Notes: generated by a model from the sequence alone, not told the origin. A stretch of DNA of 50,535 nt from a bacterium (GCA_021801825.1 JAJYXK010000007.1:90509-141043), one strand, 5' to 3'. Positions 25,275-35,309 are shown, counted from the first letter of the stretch. Numbers and translations: made by a program.

Positions 25275-27419
25275 ATGGCTCGTGCGTATCCTCTTAATAA
25301 ATATAGAAACATCGGTATTATTGCTCATATAGATGCAGGAAAAACAACCGTTTCAGAACGTATTTTGTTCTACACAGGTATTTCACATAAAATTGGAGAG
25401 GTACATGAGGGTGCAGCGACCATGGACTGGATGGAACAGGAACGTGAACGTGGTATTACTATTACCTCTGCGGCAACGACTTGTTTTTGGACGCCGGCTC
25501 GTTATACACGACTTGCAAAAACCGATGAGGAGCGCTCAAAGTTAAAAGCAGAACATGAACATCGTATCAACATTATTGATACTCCCGGACACGTTGATTT
25601 TACCGCTGAGGTAGAACGATCTTTGCGTGTGCTTGATGGGGGAGTAACGGTATTTGATGGAGTCGCGGGTGTAGAACCACAATCAGAAACCGTGTGGCAC
25701 CAAGCGGATAAGTATTCTGTTCCGCGTATTTGTTTTATCAACAAGATGGATCGCATGGGAGCCAGCTTTGAAAAATCATTTGATTCTATTATTGAACGTT
25801 TAACGCCGAACGCTATTCCGGTACAGATTCCTATTGGAGCGGAAGAAAATTTTAAGGGAGTGATTGATGTATTGGAAATGAAAGCATATGAATTCAACGG
25901 AGATCATGGAGAAAAAATAGATGAAGTTGAAATCCCTGCAGATATTAAAGAGGAAGCAGAAAAAAGACACGCGCAATTGATTGAAAAAATCGTTGAGCAT
26001 GATGAGGCAATGATGGAGAAATATTTAGGGGGAGAAACTATTCCCGTTGCGGATTTGCGCGCTGTATTACGAAAAGCCACTATCGCAAATAAGTTAATTC
26101 CTGTTTTTTGTGGAACCGCATTGCGCAACAAAGGAACACAACTTATGTTGGATGGAGTAATTGATTATCTTCCATCTCCGCTTGATATTAATGAATCAAA
26201 GCCAATTAAAGGAACTGATTTAGAAACTGGCGCTGAAATTATTCGTCAACCAAACGATTCTGAACCCTTAACTGCTATTGCGTTTAAGGTTGCTACTGAT
26301 CCATTTGTGGGAAATCTTACCTATTTCCGCGTATATAGTGGAGTTATTAAGAAGGGAAGCTACATTTTAAACTCAACAAAAAACAATCAAGAACGTATTG
26401 GTCGTATTGTGCGTATGCACGCGAATCATCGCGAAGATGTAGAAGAAATGTACGCAGGAGATTTGGGGGCTATTGTGGGACTTAAAAATACCACCACGGG
26501 AGATACTTTGTGCAATCCAGAAAATCCTATTATCTTAGAAGCTATTACGTTCCCTGAGCCAGTTATCAATTTGCGTATTGAGCCAAAGACTAAAAATGAC
26601 CAAGAGAAATTGGGTATGGCGTTGAAGCGATTATCTGATGAAGATCCAACGTTTAGAGTAACGGGAAATTCAGACACGGGAGAAACTATTATTTGGGGAA
26701 TGGGAGAATTGCACTTGGAAATTTTGGTAGATCGTATGAAGCGAGAATTTAACGTGGAAGCGAATGTAGGCCGTCCGCAAGTTTCATACAAGGAAACTAT
26801 TAAGAAAGAAGCAGAGGCAGAAGGTAAATATATTCGTCAATCAGGAGGAAAAGGGCAATATGGACATGCAAAAATTAAACTTCGTCCATTGGAAAAAGGA
26901 AAAGGATTTGTATTTATTAACCAGATTAAAGGAGGGGTGGTTCCTCAGGAATACATTGCTCCTATTGAAAAAGGAGTTAAGGAAGCAATGGCACGCGGTA
27001 TTGTTGCAGGATTTCCTATGACCGACGTTGAAGTTACCTTATATGATGGATCATACCACGAAGTTGATTCCTCAGAAGCAGCGTTCAAAATTGCGGGATC
27101 TATGGCATTTCAAGAAGGAGCAAAGAGCGCAAGCCCAGTATTGCTTGAACCTATTATGAAAGTGCAAGTTATCTGCCCGCAGGACTATTTGGGAGATGTG
27201 ACGGGAGATTTAAGCTCAAAACGCGGTCGCATTGAAAGTTTGAATGATAGAGGTATGATGAAAGTAGTAGATGCTATGGTTCCTCTCTCGGAGATGTTTG
27301 GATATGCAACTAAGTTGCGTTCAATGACTCAGGGTCGCGGATCATTTACTATGGAATTCAGCAACTATGAAGAAGCGCCAAAGAGCGTTGAACAGCAAAT
27401 TATTGAAGGTAAAAAATAA
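25275..27419 (+). CDS. fusA: elongation factor G
   Basis: G motifs [23 protein letters not shown]. 714 aa with EF-G domains II-V. Confidence 0.97.
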   Translation: MARAYPLNKYRNIGIIAHIDAGKTTVSERILFYTGISHKIGEVHEGAATMDWMEQERERGITITSAATTCFWTPARYTRLAKTDEERSKLKAEHEHRINIIDTPGHVDFTAEVERSLRVLDGGVTVFDGVAGVEPQSETVWHQADKYSVPRICFINKMDRMGASFEKSFDSIIERLTPNAIPVQIPIGAEENFKGVIDVLEMKAYEFNGDHGEKIDEVEIPADIKEEAEKRHAQLIEKIVEHDEAMMEKYLGGETIPVADLRAVLRKATIANKLIPVFCGTALRNKGTQLMLDGVIDYLPSPLDINESKPIKGTDLETGAEIIRQPNDSEPLTAIAFKVATDPFVGNLTYFRVYSGVIKKGSYILNSTKNNQERIGRIVRMHANHREDVEEMYAGDLGAIVGLKNTTTGDTLCNPENPIILEAITFPEPVINLRIEPKTKNDQEKLGMALKRLSDEDPTFRVTGNSDTGETIIWGMGELHLEILVDRMKREFNVEANVGRPQVSYKETIKKEAEAEGKYIRQSGGKGQYGHAKIKLRPLEKGKGFVFINQIKGGVVPQEYIAPIEKGVKEAMARGIVAGFPMTDVEVTLYDGSYHEVDSSEAAFKIAGSMAFQEGAKSASPVLLEPIMKVQVICPQDYLGDVTGDLSSKRGRIESLNDRGMMKVVDAMVPLSEMFGYATKLRSMTQGRGSFTMEFSNYEEAPKSVEQQIIEGKK

Positions 27420-27423
27420 TAAT

Positions 27424-27768
27424 ATGGCAAATTATAGTATAGATTGTACAAAAAAACCGCTCGGACGTATCGCAACAGAAATAGCGTCTATTTTGCAAGG
27501 GAAGAAAAACCCATCCTATGATCCTCGTTTGGAGGGGGATGATACAGTAACCGTGCATAACGTTGAAGAGCTTGCGTTAACGGGAAGAAAAGCAGATCAG
27601 AAGATTTATTATTCTCACACAACTCAAATTGGACACTTGAAGGAGCGAAAATTAAGCGATGTTGTCGCGAAACACGGCAAGAAATATATTTTGTGTCATG
27701 CGGTAGAGCGGATGCTTCCTAAAAATAAGCTCCAAATCAGACGCATGAAGCGTATCACTTTTGTATAA
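27424..27768 (+). CDS. rplM: 50S ribosomal protein L13 (short form)
   Basis: MANYSIDCTKKPLGRIATEIASILQGK ... YYSHTTQIGHLKE ... MLPKNKL. The ATG lies 4 nt after the fusA stop. Confidence 0.9.
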   Translation: MANYSIDCTKKPLGRIATEIASILQGKKNPSYDPRLEGDDTVTVHNVEELALTGRKADQKIYYSHTTQIGHLKERKLSDVVAKHGKKYILCHAVERMLPKNKLQIRRMKRITFV

Positions 27769-27772
27769 ACAT

Positions 27773-28234
27773 ATGACCACAACAAAGAAATCAGCAGTAA
27801 AAAAGGACGAATATCTTGAGGCGGTTGGTCGTCGTAAGACATCGGTTGCTCGGGTTCGCATTTATAAAATGCCAAAACCAATCACTATTGAAGGGGCAGA
27901 TTTTACTCCAGCGCTTGAATTGATAACGATTAACGAGAAACCAGTCGCATCTTATTTCCCACTTAAAAATCATCATAGAGTTATCGTAAGCCCATTCCAA
28001 AAATCTGATCTTTTGGGCCACTTCAAGGTGACGGTACAATCAGTGGGAGGAGGAATTTCATCACAAGCATTTGCGGTCCGTCATGGCATTGCGCGCGCAT
28101 TACTTGAGTTTGATGAAACCTTGCGTAAGAAATTGAAACAATTTGGATATCTGACTCGTGATCCTCGTATGGTAGAACGTAAGAAATACGGCTTAAAGAA
28201 GGCAAGGAGAGCTCCACAATGGTCTAAGCGTTAA
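27773..28234 (+). CDS. rpsI: 30S ribosomal protein S9
   Basis: AVGRRKTSVARVRIY ... GGGISSQAFAVRHGIARAL ... RKKYGLKKARRAPQWSKR. The ATG at 27773 avoids overlap with rplM. Confidence 0.92.
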   Translation: MTTTKKSAVKKDEYLEAVGRRKTSVARVRIYKMPKPITIEGADFTPALELITINEKPVASYFPLKNHHRVIVSPFQKSDLLGHFKVTVQSVGGGISSQAFAVRHGIARALLEFDETLRKKLKQFGYLTRDPRMVERKKYGLKKARRAPQWSKR

Positions 28235-28251
28235 AGGTAATATATCTTTTA

Positions 28252-28288
28252 TAAAAAAGAATCCAGATAAAATGGGATTCTTTTTTTA
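28252..28288. terminator. bidirectional intrinsic terminator
   Basis: aaaaaagaatcc-agataaaatg-ggattcttttttt between convergent genes. Confidence 0.7.
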
Positions 28289-28301
28289 TATAGTACGCTT
28301 C

Positions 28302-29639
28302 TTATTTTATAAAGAGATTGAAATCTATCTGCGCTATTTCTGTTGAAGAAGTAGCAATAGTGAGTAAATTTTGATCGGGGGCATATGCTACCATACGATA
28401 GGGACCGTTCCAGAGAGTAAATTGTTCATTAGGTTCTTTTTGGGTTACTTCCGCTATTTTGATCTGATTGGGATACGTGACAATAAGATGGGTTGAGTCT
28501 TGATACCATACCATAGTCTGTATGTGAGAGGTATCAATAAGAGAGAGGGTGATATCATCTCCTGCTTTTGCGTCCATGATTTCTAACTCATCTTTTATGA
28601 AGTATATATGTATTTTGCCATCAACGGTGCGATACAATAGTTTCTTTGCATCAGGGGAAAATAGCGCGGAAAGAGCGTTTTGACTTATCACGATTTCGGT
28701 ATGCGAATCATTATTGTAGAGAATAAGTGATTTGTCAGTGGTAATAAGCGCTAGATAATTATTTTTTGCATATAGAGAGGTAATGGTCCCCACGCGTTGA
28801 GGGGTGGTAAGGGTAACTGAGGTTGTTGCTCCAGAAGAGATATTTAATTGAATGATATTTGCGAGAGGATTTGTTTCTTTTATTTGTTTAGTTTTTGTTG
28901 TGGTGGCAGCTAATTGAGGTGATACGAACGTCAAGAAGTTATCTTGTATAGTATATGCGTAGGGGAGAGTACTAGAGGCAAGAAAGGTCACCGATGGCTC
29001 GCCGAGATTTATGCGATAGGTCCCCACGCTACTAGTAGCGAGTAATTCAGATGGGTTATTTGAATAGAATAAAAACTGAGAAAACTTTTGCTTAGAAACA
29101 GTCGCAAGAGTTTTATTTATAGAGAGTGAAGTAGGAGTCGCGGTAGTAAGATTGGGAATGGTAAGGAGGGTGTATTGTGTTCCTCGGGCCGTTGTCTCAT
29201 GGGCTATAGCTCCCTGGGTTGTAAGGGCGTCTAATACTGTGCTTGATGATGAAGCAATCGTGCTGGTGGCATATGCTATGTTTTGTGGAACCAAAAGAAC
29301 ATTAAAAAACCGGGTCACTTGAGAAGGGGACACTTCTATGTTTTTGGTGTATTCCAAAAATCCATCTTTTTGTATAGAGAGGCGATATTTTTGGGGGATA
29401 ATACTTGCTAACAAGGTTCCTTTAGTGAGGAGACCTGATTTGTCTTTATAATACGTGTCATTGAGATAGATATTTATAGGGCTTTGATAGCTTTCTATAT
29501 ATACCGCCCCAATTTTAGTTAGGGAAAATGAGTTGGTATCAAGGCGATATCCTTGAGAATAGAGAACCACTCCAATGCCGATAATAATAAACAAGACAAT
29601 AAAAAAACCGAATAATTTTCGTCTAAAATGGATAGTCAT
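28302..29639 (-). CDS. membrane-anchored protein with PEGA-like domain and beta-propeller-like C-terminal region (tentative)
   Basis: N-terminal TM (LFGFFIVLFIIIGIGVVLY). IPQKYRLSIQKDGFLEYTKNIEV resembles PEGA domains. The remainder is rich in repeated beta strands. Confidence 0.6.
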   Translation of the reverse strand: MTIHFRRKLFGFFIVLFIIIGIGVVLYSQGYRLDTNSFSLTKIGAVYIESYQSPINIYLNDTYYKDKSGLLTKGTLLASIIPQKYRLSIQKDGFLEYTKNIEVSPSQVTRFFNVLLVPQNIAYATSTIASSSSTVLDALTTQGAIAHETTARGTQYTLLTIPNLTTATPTSLSINKTLATVSKQKFSQFLFYSNNPSELLATSSVGTYRINLGEPSVTFLASSTLPYAYTIQDNFLTFVSPQLAATTTKTKQIKETNPLANIIQLNISSGATTSVTLTTPQRVGTITSLYAKNNYLALITTDKSLILYNNDSHTEIVISQNALSALFSPDAKKLLYRTVDGKIHIYFIKDELEIMDAKAGDDITLSLIDTSHIQTMVWYQDSTHLIVTYPNQIKIAEVTQKEPNEQFTLWNGPYRMVAYAPDQNLLTIATSSTEIAQIDFNLFIK

Positions 29640-29710
29640 AGATATATATAGTATATAGCATATCTTAAAAAGCGCTCCCTTTCAATAAAAAGGATATACA
29701 CAAATAGCCC

Positions 29711-29740
29711 TTGACCGGTTCCATTAAAAAGATGTATAAT
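29711..29740 (+). promoter_or_regulatory. sigma-70-type promoter
   Basis: TTGACC (29711-16), 18-nt spacer, TATAAT (29735-40). Confidence 0.5.
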
Positions 29741-29840
29741 AAATGTCTGCTCTTTTATATACACTTGATCGAATCTTATTTAGAGGAGATCTAGTTAACT
29801 AATTTAATTTAACAAAACACAATATTGTTAGGAGTTTCCT

Positions 29841-30389
29841 ATGGGAAAAGCAACACTGTATGGTTTCGTGCCCGAGTTTGGGGTTGATAATATTCAAAAT
29901 AGACTCGGAATTGACTCTTTACCACTAAAGAAAAAATTAGGAGCGAGTGGAAAAAACAGAGTTAGCCGCTTCAGAAATATGGACGTAATACCTGAAAGCA
30001 ACGGAGATGATCCGCAGGCCGCCTTGGAGAGGATGGAGAGCTTGGGAACCTTTAATGTTCAGGAATCATTTCTTCCCCCCATTACTTCTTTTACTCCTCC
30101 AGTCCAGATCTTATTAAACGAACAACAGGAACAGGAACAGGATCCTTCAAAAGAATTTTCTGATAAATACTCCAGCGTTGTCCTCGGAGAAGAGATTCAG
30201 AATTTATTTGATAAAAACCTTCCGGTCTTCCCAAGTAATTCTCGGAGTATGTTAAGATATGCCCATAAGAATTATAAAAAAGTTCGGCGGCAGAGGGAGC
30301 TGTCAGAAAAGGAAAGAAGGATTCAGATAGTAAGGCGCCCAGCGAGACGAGAATCTCTCCTTGAGGAGACAGGAGTATTGTTCTCTTAG
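29841..30389 (+). CDS. soluble hypothetical protein with basic C-terminus
   Basis: 182-aa ORF preceded by aggag. No TM, with acidic/Gln-rich middle and Arg/Lys-rich end. A terminator follows. Confidence 0.5.
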   Translation: MGKATLYGFVPEFGVDNIQNRLGIDSLPLKKKLGASGKNRVSRFRNMDVIPESNGDDPQAALERMESLGTFNVQESFLPPITSFTPPVQILLNEQQEQEQDPSKEFSDKYSSVVLGEEIQNLFDKNLPVFPSNSRSMLRYAHKNYKKVRRQRELSEKERRIQIVRRPARRESLLEETGVLFS

Positions 30390-30415
30390 TTTAAATTTTC
30401 AAGTTGTGTTTGTGG

Positions 30416-30443
30416 AAGTCCGCTTTTAAGGCGGACTTTTTTA
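30416..30443 (+). terminator. intrinsic terminator
   Basis: aagtccgc-ttttaag-gcggactt followed by tttt. Confidence 0.75.
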
Positions 30444-30488
30444 TGGTTGCAAATACTCAAAAAAATGGATAGTATGCTTATATTATCT

Positions 30489-31499
30489 ATGTTTACCAAG
30501 AAAATAGGAATTGATTTAGGAACTGCAAATACCGTAGTATTTGTGCCAGGGAGAGGGTTTATTATAAACGAGCCAACTATTGTGGCGCTCAGCGTGCCTG
30601 ATAATAACGTGCTTGCGGTAGGGAGAGAGGCAAAAGATATGTTGGGGAAAACCCCTTCTGATATCATTGCGTATAAACCTCTAAAAGACGGCGTTATTGC
30701 CGATTATTATATTACTAAAGCGCTTCTTAAATACTTCATTTCAAAAGCCGTAGGATCATTTGGCGCGTTTTTTAAGCCAGATGTGGTTATATCCGTTCCT
30801 GCGGGAATCACTCAAACCGAGCGTCGCGCAGTGGTAAATGCGGCGTTAGAAGCGGGCGCGCGTGAAGCATATATTGTAAAAGAGCCAATTCTGGCAGCGT
30901 TGGGAGCAGGGATTCCCATAAACTCTCATTCGGGGAATATGATTATTAACATTGGCGGAGGAACTTCTGAGGTTGCGGTAGTATCGTTAGGAGGAATTGT
31001 ATCGTGGGCGAGTCTTCGTATTGCGGGAAATAAATTTGATCAAGCGATTTCCGATTACATAAAAAAGAAATATGGGTTGCATGTGGGAGAGCAAACCGCT
31101 GAGAATGTAAAAATCGCAATTAGTTCTGCGATATCAACGCGCGCAAAAAAGGAATATCAAATTCGCGGACGTGATAGCGCCACGGGACTGCCGCGCGATC
31201 TTATGATCACTTCAAATGAAATTGCGGAAGCGCTGCACCCACACTTGGTAGAGATAGCAAAAAATGTACAGCAAGTTTTTAATGAAACGCCCCCTGAATT
31301 GGTTGCCGATATTATGGAAAAGGGATTAATTATTTCTGGTGGAGGAGCGCAGATTGAACATCTCTCGGTATTTTTCAAGAAGGCGCTGGGAGTAAATGCA
31401 TACGTAGCGGAAGATCCACTATTGTGTGTAGCGAAAGGAACGGGGCTTATTCTGAATCACTTAGATGTGTATAAGCGAGCGCTTTTGAATAAGAAATAA
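30489..31499 (+). CDS. mreB: rod shape-determining actin homologue MreB
   Basis: MFTKKIGIDLGTANTVVF start, with actin-fold phosphate and adenosine motifs (INIGGGTSEVAV, IISGGGAQ). Confidence 0.93.
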   Translation: MFTKKIGIDLGTANTVVFVPGRGFIINEPTIVALSVPDNNVLAVGREAKDMLGKTPSDIIAYKPLKDGVIADYYITKALLKYFISKAVGSFGAFFKPDVVISVPAGITQTERRAVVNAALEAGAREAYIVKEPILAALGAGIPINSHSGNMIINIGGGTSEVAVVSLGGIVSWASLRIAGNKFDQAISDYIKKKYGLHVGEQTAENVKIAISSAISTRAKKEYQIRGRDSATGLPRDLMITSNEIAEALHPHLVEIAKNVQQVFNETPPELVADIMEKGLIISGGGAQIEHLSVFFKKALGVNAYVAEDPLLCVAKGTGLILNHLDVYKRALLNKK

Positions 31500-31560
31500 T
31501 AGTTAGTAAATAGGGGATAGTCGCTAGGGATCAGGTTTTTTCTCTTATTAGATGTTTTAT

Positions 31561-31672
31561 TACTCACCCCCCGCCCCTAGTCCCTCACAACTATTTTTGG
31601 TATACTTATCTTGAGTGGCGAGCGAGCACTCACTCAATACAAAAAAAGGAGGTCACCCTCGTCACTCGCTCC
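31561..31672. repeat. GC-rich element related to the 7286-7490 element
   Basis: ccgcccctagtccctcac (31571-88) equals 7395-7402 joined to 7451-7460. gagtggcgagcgagcactc and ccctcgtcactcgctcc echo the ctcgccacctcgctcg strings of the other locus. Confidence 0.45.
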
Positions 31673-32008
31673 AAAAAATTCTCTAAAAAGAGAATTTTTT
31701 GATAGAAAAAATATTAGAAGGAATTATATGTATTGGGGGATTGCGAGTATTTATTTGTAGGAAGCTTGTTGAATATGTATTAGCTTTCATAACATCTTTT
31801 TAAAGATAAAACTTTATCGCGTTATAATTTTTTATTTTATAATTTTAAACTTTTATAGTTATCCACAGATTTTTTGTTTTTATTTTTTAAAAAATGCATT
31901 AAAATAAATATAGAGTTCAACAAAAACAATTGACTCGTCGGCAATTCGTTTTGTGTTGGTAATTATAATATCTCAACATCACTTCGGTGATAGAGAGAAA
32001 ATAAAAAA

Positions 32009-32119
32009 ATGGCAGCAAAAAAGAAAGCAGTAAAGAAGGTTGCTAAAAAGAAAGTAGCAAAGAAGGCAACCAAGAAAGTTGCTAAAAAGAAAGTAGCAAA
32101 GAAAGGAAAGAAGAAATAA
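32009..32119 (+). CDS. 36-aa Lys/Ala-rich basic protein (histone H1-like / Hc1-like repeat peptide)
   Basis: Not in the ORF track because it is under 60 aa. Sequence MAAKKKAVKKVAKKKVAKKATKKVAKKKVAKKGKKK*. A purine-rich stretch gatagagagaaaataaaaaa lies upstream and a strong terminator follows 20 nt downstream. Confidence 0.55.
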   Translation: MAAKKKAVKKVAKKKVAKKATKKVAKKKVAKKGKKK

Positions 32120-32138
32120 TCTTTTTGCACTTTTTAGG

Positions 32139-32167
32139 AAAATCGCCACATATACGTGGCGATTTTT
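32139..32167 (+). terminator. intrinsic terminator
   Basis: aaaatcgccac-atatac-gtggcgatttt followed by tc. Confidence 0.75.
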
Positions 32168-32253
32168 CTTTACTCGGAAGCTTTTTGTTAAGTTGCTCTT
32201 AGATAGTGGAATTGCTACACTTACAGCAGTATTAGTAATCCATTAAAAACCAT

Positions 32254-32592
32254 ATGCGTATCACTATTACGGGATCTCAATTAGAAATAACTTCTGCCCT
32301 AAAGACGTATGTATCAAAACGACTTGAGCCGCTTACGAAACACCTTCAGCCGTTTGAGAAAAACGGAGAAACGTTGCTTCGGGTAGAAATTGCTCGATCA
32401 ACAAAACATCATAAGAAAGGAGAGAACGTATATTATGTTGAGTTAACACTTCGGTTGCCGAAAAAAACTATACGCATAGAGCAATATGATGCAAATGTTC
32501 GGAAAGCTGTGGATGAAGCGAATCGCCGCATTAAATCGGAGGTGACCGATTTTAAGGATTTAATGGTAGAGAAAAACAAGAAGCAAAAATAA
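32254..32592 (+). CDS. hpf: ribosome hibernation promoting factor (HPF/RaiA family, short form)
   Basis: MRITITGSQLEITSALKTYVSKRLEPLTKH start is typical of the sigma-54 modulation/S30EA family. Confidence 0.85.
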   Translation: MRITITGSQLEITSALKTYVSKRLEPLTKHLQPFEKNGETLLRVEIARSTKHHKKGENVYYVELTLRLPKKTIRIEQYDANVRKAVDEANRRIKSEVTDFKDLMVEKNKKQK

Positions 32593-32648
32593 AATGCGGT
32601 AAGGATGTTGTGGAATACTACCGCGCAAAGAAAAGCAGAAATAAAAAT

Positions 32649-35249
32649 ATGTTTGGATTATTTTCATCACGACCAAAATTCAGTGACGTTCCGGTGCGAG
32701 TAAATACATTGGAAACTACCTATGCATCATATACCCCCGATGAGCTTTTGAATGCAAGTAAGGAGTTGCAAACAGAAATATTGAATAATGGATTATCAGA
32801 CTCTTATAGAGATAAAGCTTTTGCGCTCGTTCGCGAAGCAGCAAAACGGACGCTGGGTCAGCGGCACTATGATGTGCAATTAATTGCAGGCGCCGCGTTA
32901 GCAAAGGGGTTTATAGCGGAAATGGGTACGGGAGAAGGAAAAACGCTTGCCGCAACGGCCCCGGCGTATTATCACGCGCTTACAAAAAAAGGAGTACACG
33001 TAATAACCGTAAATGATTATCTCGCGCAACGTGATGCGGTTTGGATGGGGCAAATTTATTATGCGTTGGGAATGAGTACTTCATGTTTGGTACATGAGGC
33101 GGCATATATATATGATCCGTTATGGAAGGGAAATGAAGAAGAACAACAATCTCAGACAGATGATACTCGTGATATTTTAGGAAGTTTCCATGTAGAAAAA
33201 TCTTTTTTGCGACCCATACCAAGAGCAGAAGCATATCAAGCGGATATTGTGTATGGAACCAATACCGAGTTTGGTTTTGATTATCTTCGTGACAATTTAG
33301 CATATGCTCCGCAACAACAGGTCCAGCGAGAAAAATATTATGCCATTATAGATGAGGTTGATAGTATTTTGATTGATGAAGCGCGTACTCCACTTATTAT
33401 TTCTGCGCCCGATACTGAGGCGGCTCAATACTATATGTTATTTGCGGATGTTGTTCGTGGTCTTACACCAGGGACAGATTATGAAGTTGATGAAAAAGCT
33501 CGGTTCGTAAGTATTACTCCAGAAGGAATTGAAAAAGTTGAGAAAAGATTGGGTATTGAAAATTTATATGATGTTCAACACGTACGACTAACTCATTATC
33601 TTGAAGAATCTTTAAAAGCGCGCGCTCTATTTGTTCGCGATAGACAATATGTAGCGCAGAACAATCAAATTATTATTGTGGATGAATTCACGGGTCGCAT
33701 GATGCATGGGCGAAGATATTCAGGTGGTTTACACCAAGCAATTGAAGCAAAGGAGGGGGTGACCGTGCAACAAGAATCAAAAACGTTCGCGCAGATAACT
33801 ATTCAGAATTATTTTCGCCTGTATGAATTAGTAGCAGGAATGACGGGTACCGCGGAAACTTCAGCTGAAGAGTTTGGAAAAGTATATGGACTTGCAGTAG
33901 TGGTGGTGCCACCGCATCGCAAGAGAATTCGTGTAGATAAGGCGGATTTGGTATATCAAACAAAAGAGGCAAAATATAATGCCATTGTTGAAAAAGTGCA
34001 GGAGTGTATTACAAAAGGACAGCCCGTGTTAGTAGGAACCACCTCCATAGATGAAAACGAGCTTTTATCAGACAAGTTTTCTCGCGCGGGGATTGTGCAT
34101 GAGGTTTTAAACGCGAAGAACCATGAACGAGAAGGAGAAATTATCGCGCAAGCGGGTCGCGCAGGCCGGGTAACGCTTGCCACAAATATGGCGGGACGAG
34201 GAGTAGATATTGTCTTGGGAGGAAACCCGCCTGATCCACAGGAGGCGGAGCGGGTACGTGACGCGGGTGGGCTGTTTGTCTTGGGGACGCAACGCAATGA
34301 CGCGCGCCGTGTTGATAACCAGCTGCGAGGACGAGGGGGGAGACAAGGAGATCCAGGAGAAACACAGTTCTTTTTATCTCTGGAAGATGATATGTTCCGT
34401 ATTTTTGGGGGAGAACGTATCCAGCGGATGATGACAAACCTAAATCTTCCCGCAGGAGTTCCTATTGAATCTAGTTTGGTGGTTCGGGCCATTAATGAGG
34501 CTCAGAAGAAAGTGGAAGGATTTAATTTTGATGCGCGCAAACATTTGTTGGAATATGATGATGTTTTACAAAAACAACGAACCGCAGTATATCGTAGACG
34601 ACAGGGGATGTTAGAGTCTATTGCGCGAGGGGAGGGAGAAAAAGTTCTATTAGAAATGGTGATTCGTTTTGTGCAAGCGGCTATAGCAGCGTACCAAAAT
34701 CAATCAATACCAGAAACCGCTGACGTTGATACATCACCGTCATTAGAATTATTTCTTACCAAACGTTTACAAGCAGTAAGACTTTTGGGAGATATTGTTT
34801 TAACACAAGAAGATATTAATCAGATGATAGAGGGAATTTTGCCTGATAGTGTTCGTGATTATATTGTGAGAGCCTCTCAACAACAAGAAACGGGGATGCG
34901 TATGCTCGCAGCATTAGATATGTATTGGACTAACCACCTAGAGAATTTGGAAGCGTTGTTAGAGGCGGTGCGTATGCGTGTGTACGGGCAAAAAGATGCG
35001 TTAGTAGAATACAAACGGGAGAGTTATGATTTGTTTAGAAACTTAATTTCCGATGCGGAAAATTGGATTATATCAAATGTATTTGTACTTACCGATGAGC
35101 AAATTCGTGCGCAACAACAGGCTACGGTTTCAATGGCGCCAGTGAAGGATCCACATGGAGAAGTAGGAAGAAACGACCCCTGTTGGTGTGGAGCGAAAAA
35201 ACCAGACGGAACCCCGATAAAGTATAAACATTGTCATGGTAAAAATTAG
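32649..35249 (+). CDS. secA: preprotein translocase ATPase SecA
   Basis: Walker A MGTGEGKTL, DEVDSILIDEARTPLIIS, and C-terminal zinc motif CWCGAKKPDGTPIKYKHCHG. The ATG at 32649 is preferred over the GTG at 32610. Confidence 0.97.
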   Translation: MFGLFSSRPKFSDVPVRVNTLETTYASYTPDELLNASKELQTEILNNGLSDSYRDKAFALVREAAKRTLGQRHYDVQLIAGAALAKGFIAEMGTGEGKTLAATAPAYYHALTKKGVHVITVNDYLAQRDAVWMGQIYYALGMSTSCLVHEAAYIYDPLWKGNEEEQQSQTDDTRDILGSFHVEKSFLRPIPRAEAYQADIVYGTNTEFGFDYLRDNLAYAPQQQVQREKYYAIIDEVDSILIDEARTPLIISAPDTEAAQYYMLFADVVRGLTPGTDYEVDEKARFVSITPEGIEKVEKRLGIENLYDVQHVRLTHYLEESLKARALFVRDRQYVAQNNQIIIVDEFTGRMMHGRRYSGGLHQAIEAKEGVTVQQESKTFAQITIQNYFRLYELVAGMTGTAETSAEEFGKVYGLAVVVVPPHRKRIRVDKADLVYQTKEAKYNAIVEKVQECITKGQPVLVGTTSIDENELLSDKFSRAGIVHEVLNAKNHEREGEIIAQAGRAGRVTLATNMAGRGVDIVLGGNPPDPQEAERVRDAGGLFVLGTQRNDARRVDNQLRGRGGRQGDPGETQFFLSLEDDMFRIFGGERIQRMMTNLNLPAGVPIESSLVVRAINEAQKKVEGFNFDARKHLLEYDDVLQKQRTAVYRRRQGMLESIARGEGEKVLLEMVIRFVQAAIAAYQNQSIPETADVDTSPSLELFLTKRLQAVRLLGDIVLTQEDINQMIEGILPDSVRDYIVRASQQQETGMRMLAALDMYWTNHLENLEALLEAVRMRVYGQKDALVEYKRESYDLFRNLISDAENWIISNVFVLTDEQIRAQQQATVSMAPVKDPHGEVGRNDPCWCGAKKPDGTPIKYKHCHGKN

Positions 35250-35264
35250 TAAATTTGAATTAAA

Positions 35265-35309
35265 GCCAGTGGAATCCTCCGAAGCTTCAGCGTAGGTGGA
35301 TGGAAGCGG
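35265..35309. repeat. GC-rich mini-element with GAAGCTTC core
   Basis: atcctccgaagcttcagcgtaggtggat. Its reverse complement matches ccgcctacgtcgaagcttcgacggac (19949-19974) at 20 of 26 positions. Confidence 0.55.

Noticed and set aside
31859-31867. Perfect DnaA box TTATCCACA in the 750-bp AT-rich gap between mreB and hpf (possible oriC)
   Set aside because: Only one consensus box could be found by eye. There is no cluster of degenerate boxes and no dnaA/dnaN nearby, so a single 9-mer is not enough to call an origin.
33956-34492. Long antisense or alternative-frame ORFs inside conserved genes (e.g. 33956-34492 in secA, 25502-25897 in fusA, 22914-23336, 14581-14952, 13613-13971, 3363-3716, 9134-9361)
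   Set aside because: Each lies wholly within a gene whose product has strong family motifs on the other strand or frame. None has independent start or terminator signals.
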